Below, piece after piece: positions 10,788 through 20,406 of a stretch of 31,234 nt of DNA; within the stretch, counting starts at the first letter, position 1, and each line of letters opens with the position of its first letter. The notes under the pieces are model-generated. The model saw nothing but the letters and a program-made list of their open reading frames with translations. It was not told the DNA's origin and made no database searches. The stretch is from Verrucomicrobiota bacterium (GTDB taxonomy: Bacteria > Verrucomicrobiota > Verrucomicrobiia > Opitutales > UBA953), in the NCBI GenBank assembly GCA_009924535.1, contig RFRI01000001.1:1-31234 (forward strand), in the 5' to 3' direction. The position numbers were made by a program, and so were the translations under genes.

Positions 10788-11438
10788 TCAGACGCGCGCG
10801 ATGACGCGGGCGGCCGGGTAGCGGATCTTCTTCATCGCTGCGTACTTGTCTTCCGCGGAGCGGTAGCCGAGGGCGCAGGCGACGACGACTTCGTAGCCGC
10901 TGCCCTTGAGTCCGAGGATCTCGGTGTAGGCGGCGGGGTCGATGCCTTCGAGCGCGCACGTGTCGACCGCGAGGGCCGCGGCGGCGCCCATGAGCTGGCC
11001 GAGGGCGATGTAAAGCTGACGGGCCGCCCATTCCTTCTGGCCGGCGGCGTCCTTGCCGTTGACCACGCCGCCGATCATCATCTGGCGGTAGGGTTCGAGC
11101 TTGGTCGCGTCGGCGTTGCGCTCGGAAACCATCTGATGGAAGAAATCGTTCACGTCCTTCTCGGTGATCTCGGTACGACGAGCGAAGACGACGAGATGGG
11201 AGGCGTCGGTGACCTGGGTCTGGTTCCAGGAGACCGGGCGGAGCTGGGAGCGGACGGCGGGGTCGGCGACGATGAAGAACTTCCAAGGCTGCAAGCCGTA
11301 GGAAGAAGGCGTCAGGCGGAGCGACTCCTCGAGCGCGGCCCAGGTGGCGTCCGGGAGCTTACGGGTATCGAAGGCCTTGGTGGCGTAGCGCCATTCGAGG
11401 GAAGCGAGAAGTTGGGCAGGCGTCAGGGCGGCGTTCAT
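10788..11438 (-). CDS. NAD(P)H-dependent nitroreductase (NfsB/NfnB-like)
   Basis: Motifs [53 protein letters not shown] and ALGYRS. The start is taken at the second Met (MNAAL). Confidence 0.93.
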   Translation of the reverse strand: MNAALTPAQLLASLEWRYATKAFDTRKLPDATWAALEESLRLTPSSYGLQPWKFFIVADPAVRSQLRPVSWNQTQVTDASHLVVFARRTEITEKDVNDFFHQMVSERNADATKLEPYRQMMIGGVVNGKDAAGQKEWAARQLYIALGQLMGAAAALAVDTCALEGIDPAAYTEILGLKGSGYEVVVACALGYRSAEDKYAAMKKIRYPAARVIARV

Positions 11439-11476
11439 GTGACGTCCAAACAACCCCGCCCCGCCCTTTTGTCAAA

Positions 11477-12148
11477 TCAGGCGGGCGTAAGCACGCCGGC
11501 GGTGAGCACGAAGCGGCGGCCGGCCCGTTCGGCGAACTCGCGGCTATGCGTGACCAGGATCAAGGCCGCGCCGCGGTCGGCGACGACGCCGAGAAGGAGG
11601 TCCATGATCTCGGCGCCGGTGCGCTCGTCGAGATTGCCGGTCGGTTCGTCGGCCAGGATCACCGAAGGACGGTTGACCAAGGCGCGGGCGATGGCGACGC
11701 GCTGGCATTCGCCGCCGGAAAGCTTTGCGGGCAGATGCTCCAGGCGGGCGCCGAGACCGACCTGGACCAGCAAGGCGCGGGCGGCCGCGGTCGCGGACAG
11801 CGCCGGCACGCCGGCGATACGGGCGGCGAGCGCGACGTTCTCGAGCGCGGTGAGCTCGGGCATCAGCTGGTAGTTCTGGAAGACGAAACCGACGCCGCGG
11901 CCCAGCGAGGTGCGCGGGGCGACGAGGCCGGAACCCGGAGCGAGGATACGGACTTCGCCGGCATCAGGCTGATCGAGGCCGCCGAGCTGCTGGAGCAGCG
12001 TCGTCTTGCCCGAACCGGAGGAACCGCGGATCGAGACGGACTCTCCGGCGAAGACCTCGAGCGAGACGTCGGTCAGCACCGGCAGAGGCCCGGCGGGCGA
12101 GGCGAAGGCCTTGGCGAGGCCGCGGGCTTGGAGGACGAGTTCAGGCAT
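11477..12148 (-). CDS. lolD: Lipoprotein-releasing ABC transporter ATPase
   Basis: Walker A GSSGSGKT, signature [26 protein letters not shown] and the H-loop LVTH. It overlaps the permease gene. Confidence 0.9.
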   Translation of the reverse strand: MPELVLQARGLAKAFASPAGPLPVLTDVSLEVFAGESVSIRGSSGSGKTTLLQQLGGLDQPDAGEVRILAPGSGLVAPRTSLGRGVGFVFQNYQLMPELTALENVALAARIAGVPALSATAAARALLVQVGLGARLEHLPAKLSGGECQRVAIARALVNRPSVILADEPTGNLDERTGAEIMDLLLGVVADRGAALILVTHSREFAERAGRRFVLTAGVLTPA

Positions 12149-13361
12149 CGCGCATGGCCTCCGAGGGTTTGCGACCGGCGGCCCAGAGCGCGGGCACGAG
12201 GCCGGCGATCGCCGTGGTCAGCAGGGTGAACGCCGCCGCGATGACGAAATCCGCGGCGTCGTAATGGAGCGGCACCTTCGAGAACTGGTAGACGTTGGCG
12301 ACCATGTCGCCGCCGCCGAACAGCCCGTTGATCGCGCTCAGGATGCCGTCGCGGAACGACAGGATCGTCCAGGTGAGCCCGAAGCCGAGGAGCGTGCCGA
12401 GGGCGCCGATGAGCAGGCCTTGCAGGCCGAAGAGCCCGACGACTTCCCAGCGCGCGGCGCCGAGCGCGGCGAGGACGCCGACCTCGCGCGAGCGGCGGAT
12501 GACGGCGGAGAAGAGCGTGCTGCCGATCGAGAACGAGGCGACGAGCGTGATGATGAACATCAGGAAGAAGAGCATCGTCTTCTCGAAGCGGATGGCCGCG
12601 AGGAAGTCCTTCTTGATATCTTGCCAGGGGCGGAAGCGGAGTTCCGGGCGGGTGGCCGCGAGGCGCGCGGCGGTCGCCTCGGCGAGGGCCGGCTCCTTCA
12701 GGCGGAGCGTGAGGCCGTGGGCGCGCGGGCCGAGGTTCCAGATCTCGCGGAAGCGGCGCAGCGGGATGAGCGCGGCGGCGTTGTCGACCTCGGTGAAGCC
12801 CGTGACGATCACCGCGCAGACCTCGAATTCGGCCGGGAGCGGGGCCTTGCCCTTCTCGGCGCGCTCGGCCATCGCGGGCGACCAGATCTCGATGCGGTCG
12901 CCGACGCGGACGCGGAGCGCGCGGGCGAGGCCGGCGCCGAGGACGATGCGACCGTCGTCGAGGTCGTCGAAGCTGCCGCCATAGACGTACTTGCGGGCCG
13001 GCTGGCCGGGGTCGGTCGGATCGATGCCGCGCACCTGCGCGATGCCGGAGAAGTCGCCATTGCGCGCGAGCGCCGGACCTTCGGCGTAAAGGGAAGCCGA
13101 AGCGACCTCCGGACGGGCGACGAGCGCCTTCGCGAGCGCCTCCGGCTGCTCGATCGGCGCGGCGCCGACGACCTGGCAGTCGCCGAAGGATTCGCGGATA
13201 CGCAGGCGGTGCTCCTCGCCGAAGCCGTTCATCACCGTCTGCACGATGAGCAACGAAGCCACCCCGAGGCCGACGCCGAGGATCGACACCGTCGCGAACG
13301 CCGGGAAGCGCTTACCGGGCGGGAAGAGCTGGCGGAGGGCGAGATGGAGGAACCAGGGCAA
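12141..13361 (-). CDS. lolE: Lipoprotein-releasing ABC transporter permease (LolC/E family)
   Basis: ILGVGLGVASLLIVQTVMNGF, a periplasmic domain, then RREVGVLAALGA-like segment (IRRSREVGVLAALGA) and GLVPALWAA, giving the MacB/FtsX-type 4-TM layout. TTG start; lies directly downstream of lysS. Confidence 0.9.
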   Translation of the reverse strand: MPWFLHLALRQLFPPGKRFPAFATVSILGVGLGVASLLIVQTVMNGFGEEHRLRIRESFGDCQVVGAAPIEQPEALAKALVARPEVASASLYAEGPALARNGDFSGIAQVRGIDPTDPGQPARKYVYGGSFDDLDDGRIVLGAGLARALRVRVGDRIEIWSPAMAERAEKGKAPLPAEFEVCAVIVTGFTEVDNAAALIPLRRFREIWNLGPRAHGLTLRLKEPALAEATAARLAATRPELRFRPWQDIKKDFLAAIRFEKTMLFFLMFIITLVASFSIGSTLFSAVIRRSREVGVLAALGAARWEVVGLFGLQGLLIGALGTLLGFGLTWTILSFRDGILSAINGLFGGGDMVANVYQFSKVPLHYDAADFVIAAAFTLLTTAIAGLVPALWAAGRKPSEAMRDA

Positions 13362-13371
13362 GGGAAAGGGC

Positions 13372-14856
13372 TCAGGCCTGCGCTTCGGGCGCGAGCGTCG
13401 GGAACAGGATGACGTCGCGGATGTTGGCCGCGCCGGTCAGCAGGATCACCAGGCGGTCGATGCCGATGCCGAGGCCGCCCGCGGGGGGCATGCCGTGCTC
13501 GAGCGCGAGCAGGAAGTCCTCGTCGATCTTCTGGGTCTCGGCGCCGGCCTGGAGCTCCAGCATCTTGCGCTGCACGCCGGGGTCGTTCTGCTCGGAGTAG
13601 GCCGGAGCGATCTCCTGGCCGTTGATGCAGAGTTCGAAGACGTCGATGGTCGAGTCGTCGCCGAGGGTCACCTTGGCGAGCGGGCAGAGCTCCTTCGGGA
13701 TGTGCGTGACGAAAGTCGGCTGGATGAGGCCGGGCTCGATGAGCTTGCCGAAGACCTCGTTGGTGACCTCGAAATCTTCCCAGTCGGTGCGCGGCTCGTG
13801 CAGGCCGAGGGCCTTGCACGCGGCGATCTTCTCTTCCTTCGTGCGCGAGAACCACTGCGGGTCGCCGGTGCGCTCGACGATCAGGTCCTTATACTTCGCT
13901 TCGCGCCATTCGCCGCCGAGCTCGATCGCCACGCCGTCCGGACGGACGACGCTGGTGGTGCCGAGGACTTCGGCGCAGACTTTCTGGATCATCGAGCGGA
14001 CGAGCTCCATCATGCCGCGGTAGTCGGTGTAGGCCTGGTAGGCCTCGAGCATCGTGAATTCCGGGCTATGCTTGACCGAGACGCCTTCGTTGCGGAAGAC
14101 GCGGCCGATCTCGAAGACGCGGTCCATGCCGCCGACGAGGCAGCGCTTCAGGTGGAGTTCGAGGGCGATGCGGAGGTAGAAATCGCAATCAAGCGCGTTG
14201 GAGTGCGTCTCGAACGGACGGGCCGCGGCGCCGCCGGCGATGGCGTGCAGGGCCGGGGTCTCGACTTCGGTGAACTGGCGGCTCCAGAGGAAGCGGCGGA
14301 TCGATTCGACGACGCGGCTGCGGATGAAGAGGCGGCGACGGGACTCCTCGTTGACGACGAGATCGAGGTAGCGCTGGCGGTAGATCTTCTCGGCGTCGGT
14401 CAGACCGGCCCACTTCTCGGGCAGCGGGCGGAGGGACTTCGAGACCAGCTTATATTCGGAGACGCGGACCGTGACCTCGCCGGTCTTCGTGCGGAAGAGC
14501 TTGCCGCGGACGCCGACGAAGTCGCCGGAGTCGACCAGCTTCTTGAAATGGGTGTCATAGGCGTCGCCCAGGGCGTCGCGGGTGAAGTAGGTCTGGATGA
14601 CGCCGCCGCGGTCGAGGATCTTGACGAAGCTCGCCTTGCCCATGACGCGCAGGGCGACGATGCGGCCGGCGACGGAGACCTCGGGACCTTCCTCGACGCC
14701 TTCGGGCAGGAGGGCCGGGCATTCGTTCGAGACATGGGTCTGGTTCCACTCGGCGCGGAAGGGGTCTTCGCCCGCGGCGCGAAGCAGGGCGAGCTTCTCC
14801 TTGCGGACCGCATGCAGGTCGTGGGAGATGGCGTTGAGGTCGGGCTTTTCGCTCAT
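13372..14856 (-). CDS. lysS: Lysine--tRNA ligase (class II)
   Basis: OB domain (VAGRIVALRVMGKASF), YRQRYLDL, EVETP, YLRIALEL, EIGRVFRNEG, HSPEFTMLE, EIAPAYSEQND and GMPPAGGLGIGIDRL. Confidence 0.98.
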   Translation of the reverse strand: MSEKPDLNAISHDLHAVRKEKLALLRAAGEDPFRAEWNQTHVSNECPALLPEGVEEGPEVSVAGRIVALRVMGKASFVKILDRGGVIQTYFTRDALGDAYDTHFKKLVDSGDFVGVRGKLFRTKTGEVTVRVSEYKLVSKSLRPLPEKWAGLTDAEKIYRQRYLDLVVNEESRRRLFIRSRVVESIRRFLWSRQFTEVETPALHAIAGGAAARPFETHSNALDCDFYLRIALELHLKRCLVGGMDRVFEIGRVFRNEGVSVKHSPEFTMLEAYQAYTDYRGMMELVRSMIQKVCAEVLGTTSVVRPDGVAIELGGEWREAKYKDLIVERTGDPQWFSRTKEEKIAACKALGLHEPRTDWEDFEVTNEVFGKLIEPGLIQPTFVTHIPKELCPLAKVTLGDDSTIDVFELCINGQEIAPAYSEQNDPGVQRKMLELQAGAETQKIDEDFLLALEHGMPPAGGLGIGIDRLVILLTGAANIRDVILFPTLAPEAQA

Positions 14857-14960
14857 GTTGGCTACCCCAAAGGGGTGTCTCCCGGAGGGCGGGTAGGCAA
14901 GGGCGAAAGGTTCGGCTTTCCGTGTTGCGGCGGGGGCTTTCCGGAGAATAACCGAGACCC

Positions 14961-15806
14961 ATGAAGGCCTATCTCGACCTGCTTCGCCACGTCCGGCAGC
15001 ACGGAGAAATCCGGGGCGACCGCACCGGCACGGGCACGATCGGCATCTTCGGGGCGCAGCTCCGCTTCGACCTCGCCGAAGGCTTCCCGCTCCTGACGAC
15101 CAAGAAGGTGCACGTGAAGTCGATCACGCACGAGCTGCTGTGGTTCCTCTCCGGCAGCACCCAGAACGCCTGGCTCACCGAGCGCGGCGTCAGCATCTGG
15201 AACGAGTGGGCCACCGCCGAGCAATGCGCGAAGTTCGGCCGCCCGGAAGGCGACCTCGGCCCGGTCTACGGTCACCAGTGGCGCAACTTCGGAGCGAGGA
15301 AAAAGCCTGACGGCACTTACGAGCACGACGGCGTCGACCAGATCCGACGCGTCGTCGACGAGATCAAACGCAACCCGTCCAGCCGCCGCCTCATCGTCAC
15401 CGGCTGGAATCCGCAGGAAGCCGACCAGGTCGCCCTGCCCCCTTGCCACACGCTCTTCCAGTTCTACGTCTCGACCGACGGACGCCTCAGTTGCCAGCTT
15501 TACCAGCGCAGCGCGGACCTCTTCCTCGGCGTGCCGTTCAACATCGCCAGCTACGCCATGCTCACGCACATGATCGCGCAGGTCACGGGCCTGAAGCCGG
15601 GGCATTTCGTGCACACCTTCGGCGACGCGCACATCTATTCCAACCATGTGGAGCAGGTCGAACTGCAGCTCTCGCGCGAGACGCGCGCCCTGCCCCGCCT
15701 GGTGCTGAACCCCGACGTGAAGGACCTCTTCGCGTTCAAGTTCGAGGACATCGCGATCGAAGGCTACGACCCGCATCCGGCGATCAAGGCGCCCGTCGCC
15801 ATCTGA
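14961..15806 (+). CDS. thyA: Thymidylate synthase
   Basis: Motifs [39 protein letters not shown] (catalytic Cys), [18 protein letters not shown] and GDAHIY. Confidence 0.99.
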   Translation: MKAYLDLLRHVRQHGEIRGDRTGTGTIGIFGAQLRFDLAEGFPLLTTKKVHVKSITHELLWFLSGSTQNAWLTERGVSIWNEWATAEQCAKFGRPEGDLGPVYGHQWRNFGARKKPDGTYEHDGVDQIRRVVDEIKRNPSSRRLIVTGWNPQEADQVALPPCHTLFQFYVSTDGRLSCQLYQRSADLFLGVPFNIASYAMLTHMIAQVTGLKPGHFVHTFGDAHIYSNHVEQVELQLSRETRALPRLVLNPDVKDLFAFKFEDIAIEGYDPHPAIKAPVAI

Positions 15807-15810
15807 CGTC

Positions 15811-16281
15811 GTGGACCTCGGTCGCCCGCTCATCGCCATCGCGGCCGTCGCACGCAACCGCGGCATCGGCCTGAACAACAAGCTGCCGTGGCGTATCCCG
15901 GAAGATTTCGCGTTCTTCAAGGCGACCACCATGGGCCAGGTCTTGCTCATGGGTCGCAAGACCTATGAGTCCATCGGCCGTCCGCTGCCCGGTCGCACCA
16001 CCGTCGTGCTCAGCCGTTCCGGTTTCAACGCCCCCGGCATCATCGTCGCCAAGGATTGGCAGGAGGCCGCGCGGGTCGAACCGACCAAGACCCTTTTCCT
16101 CGCCGGAGGCGCCGCGCTGTATGCCGAAGCCCTGCCTTGGTGCGCCGAGCTGATCCTCACCCACGTGGACATGGAACCTGAGGCGGATGCCTTTTTCCCG
16201 GATTGGACTGGTCGGTTCGGCGCCGGGGAGGTCATCGCCCAGCACCCCACCTGCGTGATGCGCCGACACCGGCCGCTTTGA
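15811..16281 (+). CDS. folA: Dihydrofolate reductase
   Basis: IGLNNKLPWRIPEDFAFFK, MGRKTYESIGRPLPGR, GGAALY and ADAFFP. GTG start 4 nt after thyA. Confidence 0.97.
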   Translation: MDLGRPLIAIAAVARNRGIGLNNKLPWRIPEDFAFFKATTMGQVLLMGRKTYESIGRPLPGRTTVVLSRSGFNAPGIIVAKDWQEAARVEPTKTLFLAGGAALYAEALPWCAELILTHVDMEPEADAFFPDWTGRFGAGEVIAQHPTCVMRRHRPL

Positions 16282-16381
16282 GGTATTGAGCGTTTTCGGT
16301 CATATTCAGAGGGTCTTGGGGGGTAGGGGGCTATTGACCCCCATAAAGTGGCAAAAAAGGGCGTTTAGGGGCGTTTTCTCC

Positions 16382-16409
16382 TTTCCAATACCTCCCCCCG
16401 CCCTACCGT
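16382..16409 (+). promoter_or_regulatory. Putative leaderless promoter of nuoJKLMN
   Basis: TTTCCA(16382-16387)-N16-TACCGT(16404-16409)-N7-ATG(16417), the same geometry as at pyrD. Confidence 0.45.
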
Positions 16410-16416
16410 CCGACCC

Positions 16417-16950
16417 ATGCCGGACGGCCTGTTTATTTTCTTCGCAGCACTGACCCTCGGGGCTGCCCTTCTCTTGGTCCTCAGCCGCAACGCGGTGACC
16501 TCCGCCATGGGGATGATCCTGGCCCTGGTCGGGGTGGCCGCCGACTTCTTCTTGTTGGACGCCTACTTCCTCGGCGTGCTGCAGGTCCTCGTCTACGCCG
16601 GCGCCGTCATGGTGCTGTTCCTGTTCATCATCATGCTCCTCGATACCGAGGACGCGCAGGGGGCGTATCCGTGGAAGACCGCCGCGCTCGGGCTCGCCAC
16701 TTTCTTCCTCCTCGCCGCCGGCGTGCTCTGGCTCTTCCACTGGTCGGGCGCGGTCTCCGCCGTCAAGGCCGGCGCGACGCCGCCCGAGCTCTCGACGAAC
16801 CCCGCCGAGTTCACCACCGCCGCCAAGTCGTTCGGCCGCCTGCTCTACACGAAGTATCTCCTGCCCTTGGAAATCGCCGGCTTCCTGCTCCTCGTCGCCC
16901 TCGTCGGCGTCGTCTCGCTGAGCAAGGACAACCCCGAGTCCAACGCCTGA
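16417..16950 (+). CDS. nuoJ: NADH-quinone oxidoreductase subunit J
   Basis: LQVLVYAGAVMVLFLFIIMLL and GRLLYTKYLLPLEIAGFLLLVALVG. Confidence 0.96.
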   Translation: MPDGLFIFFAALTLGAALLLVLSRNAVTSAMGMILALVGVAADFFLLDAYFLGVLQVLVYAGAVMVLFLFIIMLLDTEDAQGAYPWKTAALGLATFFLLAAGVLWLFHWSGAVSAVKAGATPPELSTNPAEFTTAAKSFGRLLYTKYLLPLEIAGFLLLVALVGVVSLSKDNPESNA

Positions 16951-16960
16951 TCTTTCCGCC

Positions 16961-17269
16961 ATGGAAAACACCTCCCTCGCTCACCACCTCATCCTGGCGG
17001 GCCTCCTCTTCGTCCTGGGCCTGACCGGCGTGCTCCTGCGCCGTAACCTGCTCGTCGTCTACATGTGCCTCGAGCTCATGCTCGCCGCCGCCACGCTCGC
17101 GCTCGTCGCCTTCTCGCGTTTCAACCGCACCATGGACGGCGCCGTCCTCGTCTTCTTCGTCATCACCGTCGCGGCCGCCGAGGTCGCCGTCGGCCTCGCG
17201 CTCATCGTCGCCCTGTTCCGCAAGCGCGGCACGGTGCAGTCCGACGCGCTCACCACCCTCCGCGACTAA
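16961..17269 (+). CDS. nuoK: NADH-quinone oxidoreductase subunit K
   Basis: GVLLRRNLL, CLELML and VAAAEVAVGLA, with both conserved Glu residues present. Confidence 0.97.
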   Translation: MENTSLAHHLILAGLLFVLGLTGVLLRRNLLVVYMCLELMLAAATLALVAFSRFNRTMDGAVLVFFVITVAAAEVAVGLALIVALFRKRGTVQSDALTTLRD

Positions 17270-17278
17270 GCCTTTCCG

Positions 17279-18843
17279 ATGCCTTCCGACCTTTCGCCCC
17301 TGGTCCACTGGATCCTCTTCCTGCCGCTGGGAGCCGCCGCGCTCTCCGCGCTCTTCCTCCGCCGCGCCGGCGGCCTCGCCGCCTGGTTCTCGACCGCGAC
17401 CGCGTTCGTGATCGCCGGCCTCTCGCTGAAGCTCCTCACGTCGGCCACCGCGGACGTCACCTGGCATGTCGAACTCGCGAAGTTCGGCGGCGTCAGCCTC
17501 GGCTTCGGCTACCTCATCGACGCCAACGCCCGCCTGATGCTCTTCGTGGTGTCGTTCGTCGCCGCCTGGATCCACCTCTTCTCCGTCGGTTACATGCAGG
17601 AAGATCCGGCCCGCGGCCGCTTCTTCGCCGGCCTCTCGATCTTCATGTTCTCCATCCTGGGCATCGTCGTCGCCGACAACCTGCTCATGACGTTCATCTA
17701 CTGGGAACTCGTCGGCTTCAGTTCGTACATGCTGATCGCGCACTACTTCGACAAGGATTACGCCGCCGCCGCCTCGAAGAAGGCGTTCATCGTCAACCGC
17801 GTGGGCGACCTCGGCTTCATCCTCGGCATCGCGATGTGCCTCTCGCTCTACGGCACGCTCGACTTCGCCGCGCTCAAGGACCACGCCGCCGCCGCCAAGA
17901 CCATCCCCGTCGCCGTCGGCGCGCTGCTCATGTGCGGCTTCCTCGGCAAGTCCGCCCAGTTCCCGCTCCACGTCTGGCTCACCGACGCGATGGCCGGCCC
18001 GACCCCGGTCTCCGCGCTCATCCACGCCGCGACGATGGTCGCCGCCGGCGTCTACTTCATGGCCCGCGTGAGCTTCCTGCTCGCCCCTGAGGTCCTCCAC
18101 TTCATCGCGATCTCCGGCGCCGGCATGGCCGCGCTGGCCGGCCTTTGCGCCCTCGCCCAGACGGACATCAAGAAGTCCCTCGCCTACTCGACGCTCGCGC
18201 ACCTCGGCATCATGGGCTGCGCCCTCGGCCTCGGCCACCCCGAGCTCGCGCTGATGCACATGGCGATGCACGCGTTCTTCAAGGCCACGCTGTTCCTCGG
18301 CGCCGGCTCCGTCATCCACGGCTGCCACCACGAGCAGGACATGCTCAAGATGGGCGGCCTGCTGAAGAAGATGCCGCTCACCGCCGCGACGTTCATCGCC
18401 CGATCATCCCCGCGGGCTCGCTCGAGCCGATCGAACACGCCCTCGGCGAAGTCGCCTTCCACCTCGCCGCTCCCTCGACGATCGTCGGCCTGCTCTCGCT
18501 TGTCCTCGGCTTCTTCGGCGCGCTGAAGTTCTACGGCACCGTCCGTGGCGCCGACGCCCTCCAGGTCGTCTCGCCGCGCGCGTATCATCTCCTTGAGCAC
18601 CGTTGGATGGACGGCCTGTACCTCTGGTACGTCGACGCCGTGCAACGCCGCGTCTCCGAGTTCGTCGCCTTCCTCGACCTGCTGATCATCAACGGCGTCG
18701 CCGTGCGCTGGATCGGCGGCGGCGTCCCCGCCGTGCTCGGCTACCTTACCGGCCGTTCGTTCCACCGCGGCCAGACGCGCGCCTACGCGCTCTGGATTGT
18801 CCTCGGTTCCCTCTTCCTGGCCTGGTTCCTCATCGCTCGCTAA
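17279..18843 (+). pseudogene. nuoL: NADH-quinone oxidoreductase subunit L, interrupted as sequenced (internal deletion plus frameshift near 18400)
   Basis: Frame 1 carries YWELVG, NRVGD, GKSAQFPLHVWL, PTPVSALIHAATMV and HAFFKATLF up to about 18400. A second frame then carries the NuoL C-terminus (WMDGLY...FLDLLIING...HRGQTRAY) to TAA 18843. The GFFSKD helix region is absent. This may be an assembly artefact rather than a true pseudogene. Confidence 0.85.
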
Positions 18844-18846
18844 TTC

Positions 18847-20394
18847 ATGGACACTTTTCCCGCCACGCTCCTCGCGCTCGCCATCACGGCCCCGATCCTC
18901 GTCGGCCTGATCCTGCTCGCCGGACGCGACCTCCCTCGCAGCTTCGCCTCCGGCTTCGCGTTTGGCGGCTTCGCCATCCCCGCCGTCCTCGGCCCTTGGC
19001 TCCTCGTCCTCTGGTCCAACCCCAGCACCGCGCCGCAGCAGTTCCAGTCCGAAGGATTCTGGGGCTTCGGCTTCGCGCTCAACGGCCTCGGCGCGCCGCT
19101 CCTCGCGATGACCTCGCTCGTCGGCCTGGCCGCGGGCATCAAGGCGCTCACGCAGGAAGTGGAAGGACGTAACACCTACCTCGGCCTCATCCTCTTCATG
19201 CTCGGCGGCACGCTCGGCGTGTTCGGCACCAACCACCTCGTCGGGTTCTATTTCTTCCACGAGTTCGCGCTGATCCCGACGTTCATCCTCACCCTCTTCT
19301 GGGGCGGCGAAGGCCGTCGTCCGGCCGCCATGCAGATGGCGATCTATCTCACCGCCGGCGCCATGGCGTCCCTCGCGGGCATCCTCATCGCGATCGACGC
19401 TTCCGGCGTCGAGTATGGCGCGGCCACCTTCGAAAGCGTCGCGCACGGCCTCCAGGGCGCGAAGTCCATCCCTGCCGCCACCGGTGCGCTGGTGCTCTTC
19501 GGCCTCGGCACGCTCGCCTCGCTCTTCCCCTTCCACTCCTGGGCCGCGCCCGGCTACTCCGCCGCGCCGACCCCGGTCTCGATGCTCCACGCCGGCGCCC
19601 TGAAGAAGTTCGGCCTCTACGGCATCATCCTCCTCGGCCTCAGCAGCCTCGACATCACCGGCGGCGCGCTCGGCACGTGGTTCCTCTGGTTCGCCCTCGC
19701 CAACGTCTTGCTCGTCGGCCTGATCTGCCTCGCGCAGCGCGACCTCAAGCAGCTGCTCTCCTGGAGTTCGGTCGCCCACATGGGTCCGATCTTCCTCGGC
19801 ATCTGGGTCTGCGGCGTCTCCGGCAAGGCCGACGGCCTCGACGCCGCCGCCTTCCTGATGGTCGCGCACGGCCTCTCCTGCGCCGCGCTCTTCCTGCTTG
19901 CCAACGCCGTCCGCGCCCGCGCCGGCACCTATCGCCTCGACGAACTGGGCGGCCTCGCCACGCGCACGCCGATCCTGGCCGCGCTCTTCGTCGCCGCCAC
20001 CATGGCTTCCATCGGCCTGCCGGGCTTCGGCAACTTCTGGGGCGAAGTCGGCGTCTTCCTCGCGCTCCGCGCCCAGCCGCTCTGGCTGCAGGCGCTCGTC
20101 GCCTCGACCGTCGTGCTCTCCGCCGTCTACGCGCTCCGCGCCGTGGCCGCCACGTTCTTTGGTCCGGCCTCCGAGGCGCTCGAGAAGCGCTTCGCTTCCG
20201 CGCCCTTCGGCGACCTCGGCTGGGCCGAACGCTTCGCGGTCTTCCTGCTCCTCGGGGCTTCGCTGACGATTGGCTTCGTGCCTTCGCTCGTGACGAAGTC
20301 CGTCAACCCCTACGCCGCCGGCATCACCACCTTCTCCCAACATAACGCCAAGGCGCCCTTCAAGGCCGCTCCCGTGGTTCCTGCCCAGCGCTAA
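18847..20394 (+). CDS. nuoM: NADH-quinone oxidoreductase subunit M
   Basis: FYFFHEFALIP, FPFHSW, LKKFGLYG, KQLLSWSSVAHMG, AHGLS and GLPGFGNFWGE; fourth gene of the nuoJ-N cluster. Confidence 0.93.
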   Translation: MDTFPATLLALAITAPILVGLILLAGRDLPRSFASGFAFGGFAIPAVLGPWLLVLWSNPSTAPQQFQSEGFWGFGFALNGLGAPLLAMTSLVGLAAGIKALTQEVEGRNTYLGLILFMLGGTLGVFGTNHLVGFYFFHEFALIPTFILTLFWGGEGRRPAAMQMAIYLTAGAMASLAGILIAIDASGVEYGAATFESVAHGLQGAKSIPAATGALVLFGLGTLASLFPFHSWAAPGYSAAPTPVSMLHAGALKKFGLYGIILLGLSSLDITGGALGTWFLWFALANVLLVGLICLAQRDLKQLLSWSSVAHMGPIFLGIWVCGVSGKADGLDAAAFLMVAHGLSCAALFLLANAVRARAGTYRLDELGGLATRTPILAALFVAATMASIGLPGFGNFWGEVGVFLALRAQPLWLQALVASTVVLSAVYALRAVAATFFGPASEALEKRFASAPFGDLGWAERFAVFLLLGASLTIGFVPSLVTKSVNPYAAGITTFSQHNAKAPFKAAPVVPAQR

Positions 20395-20406
20395 GCTTTC
20401 CGTCCG

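Noticed and set aside
18145-18843. 232-aa ORF as an independent gene
   Set aside because: Only the part after about 18400 is protein-like, and it is the NuoL C-terminus; the first part is an off-frame reading of nuoL.
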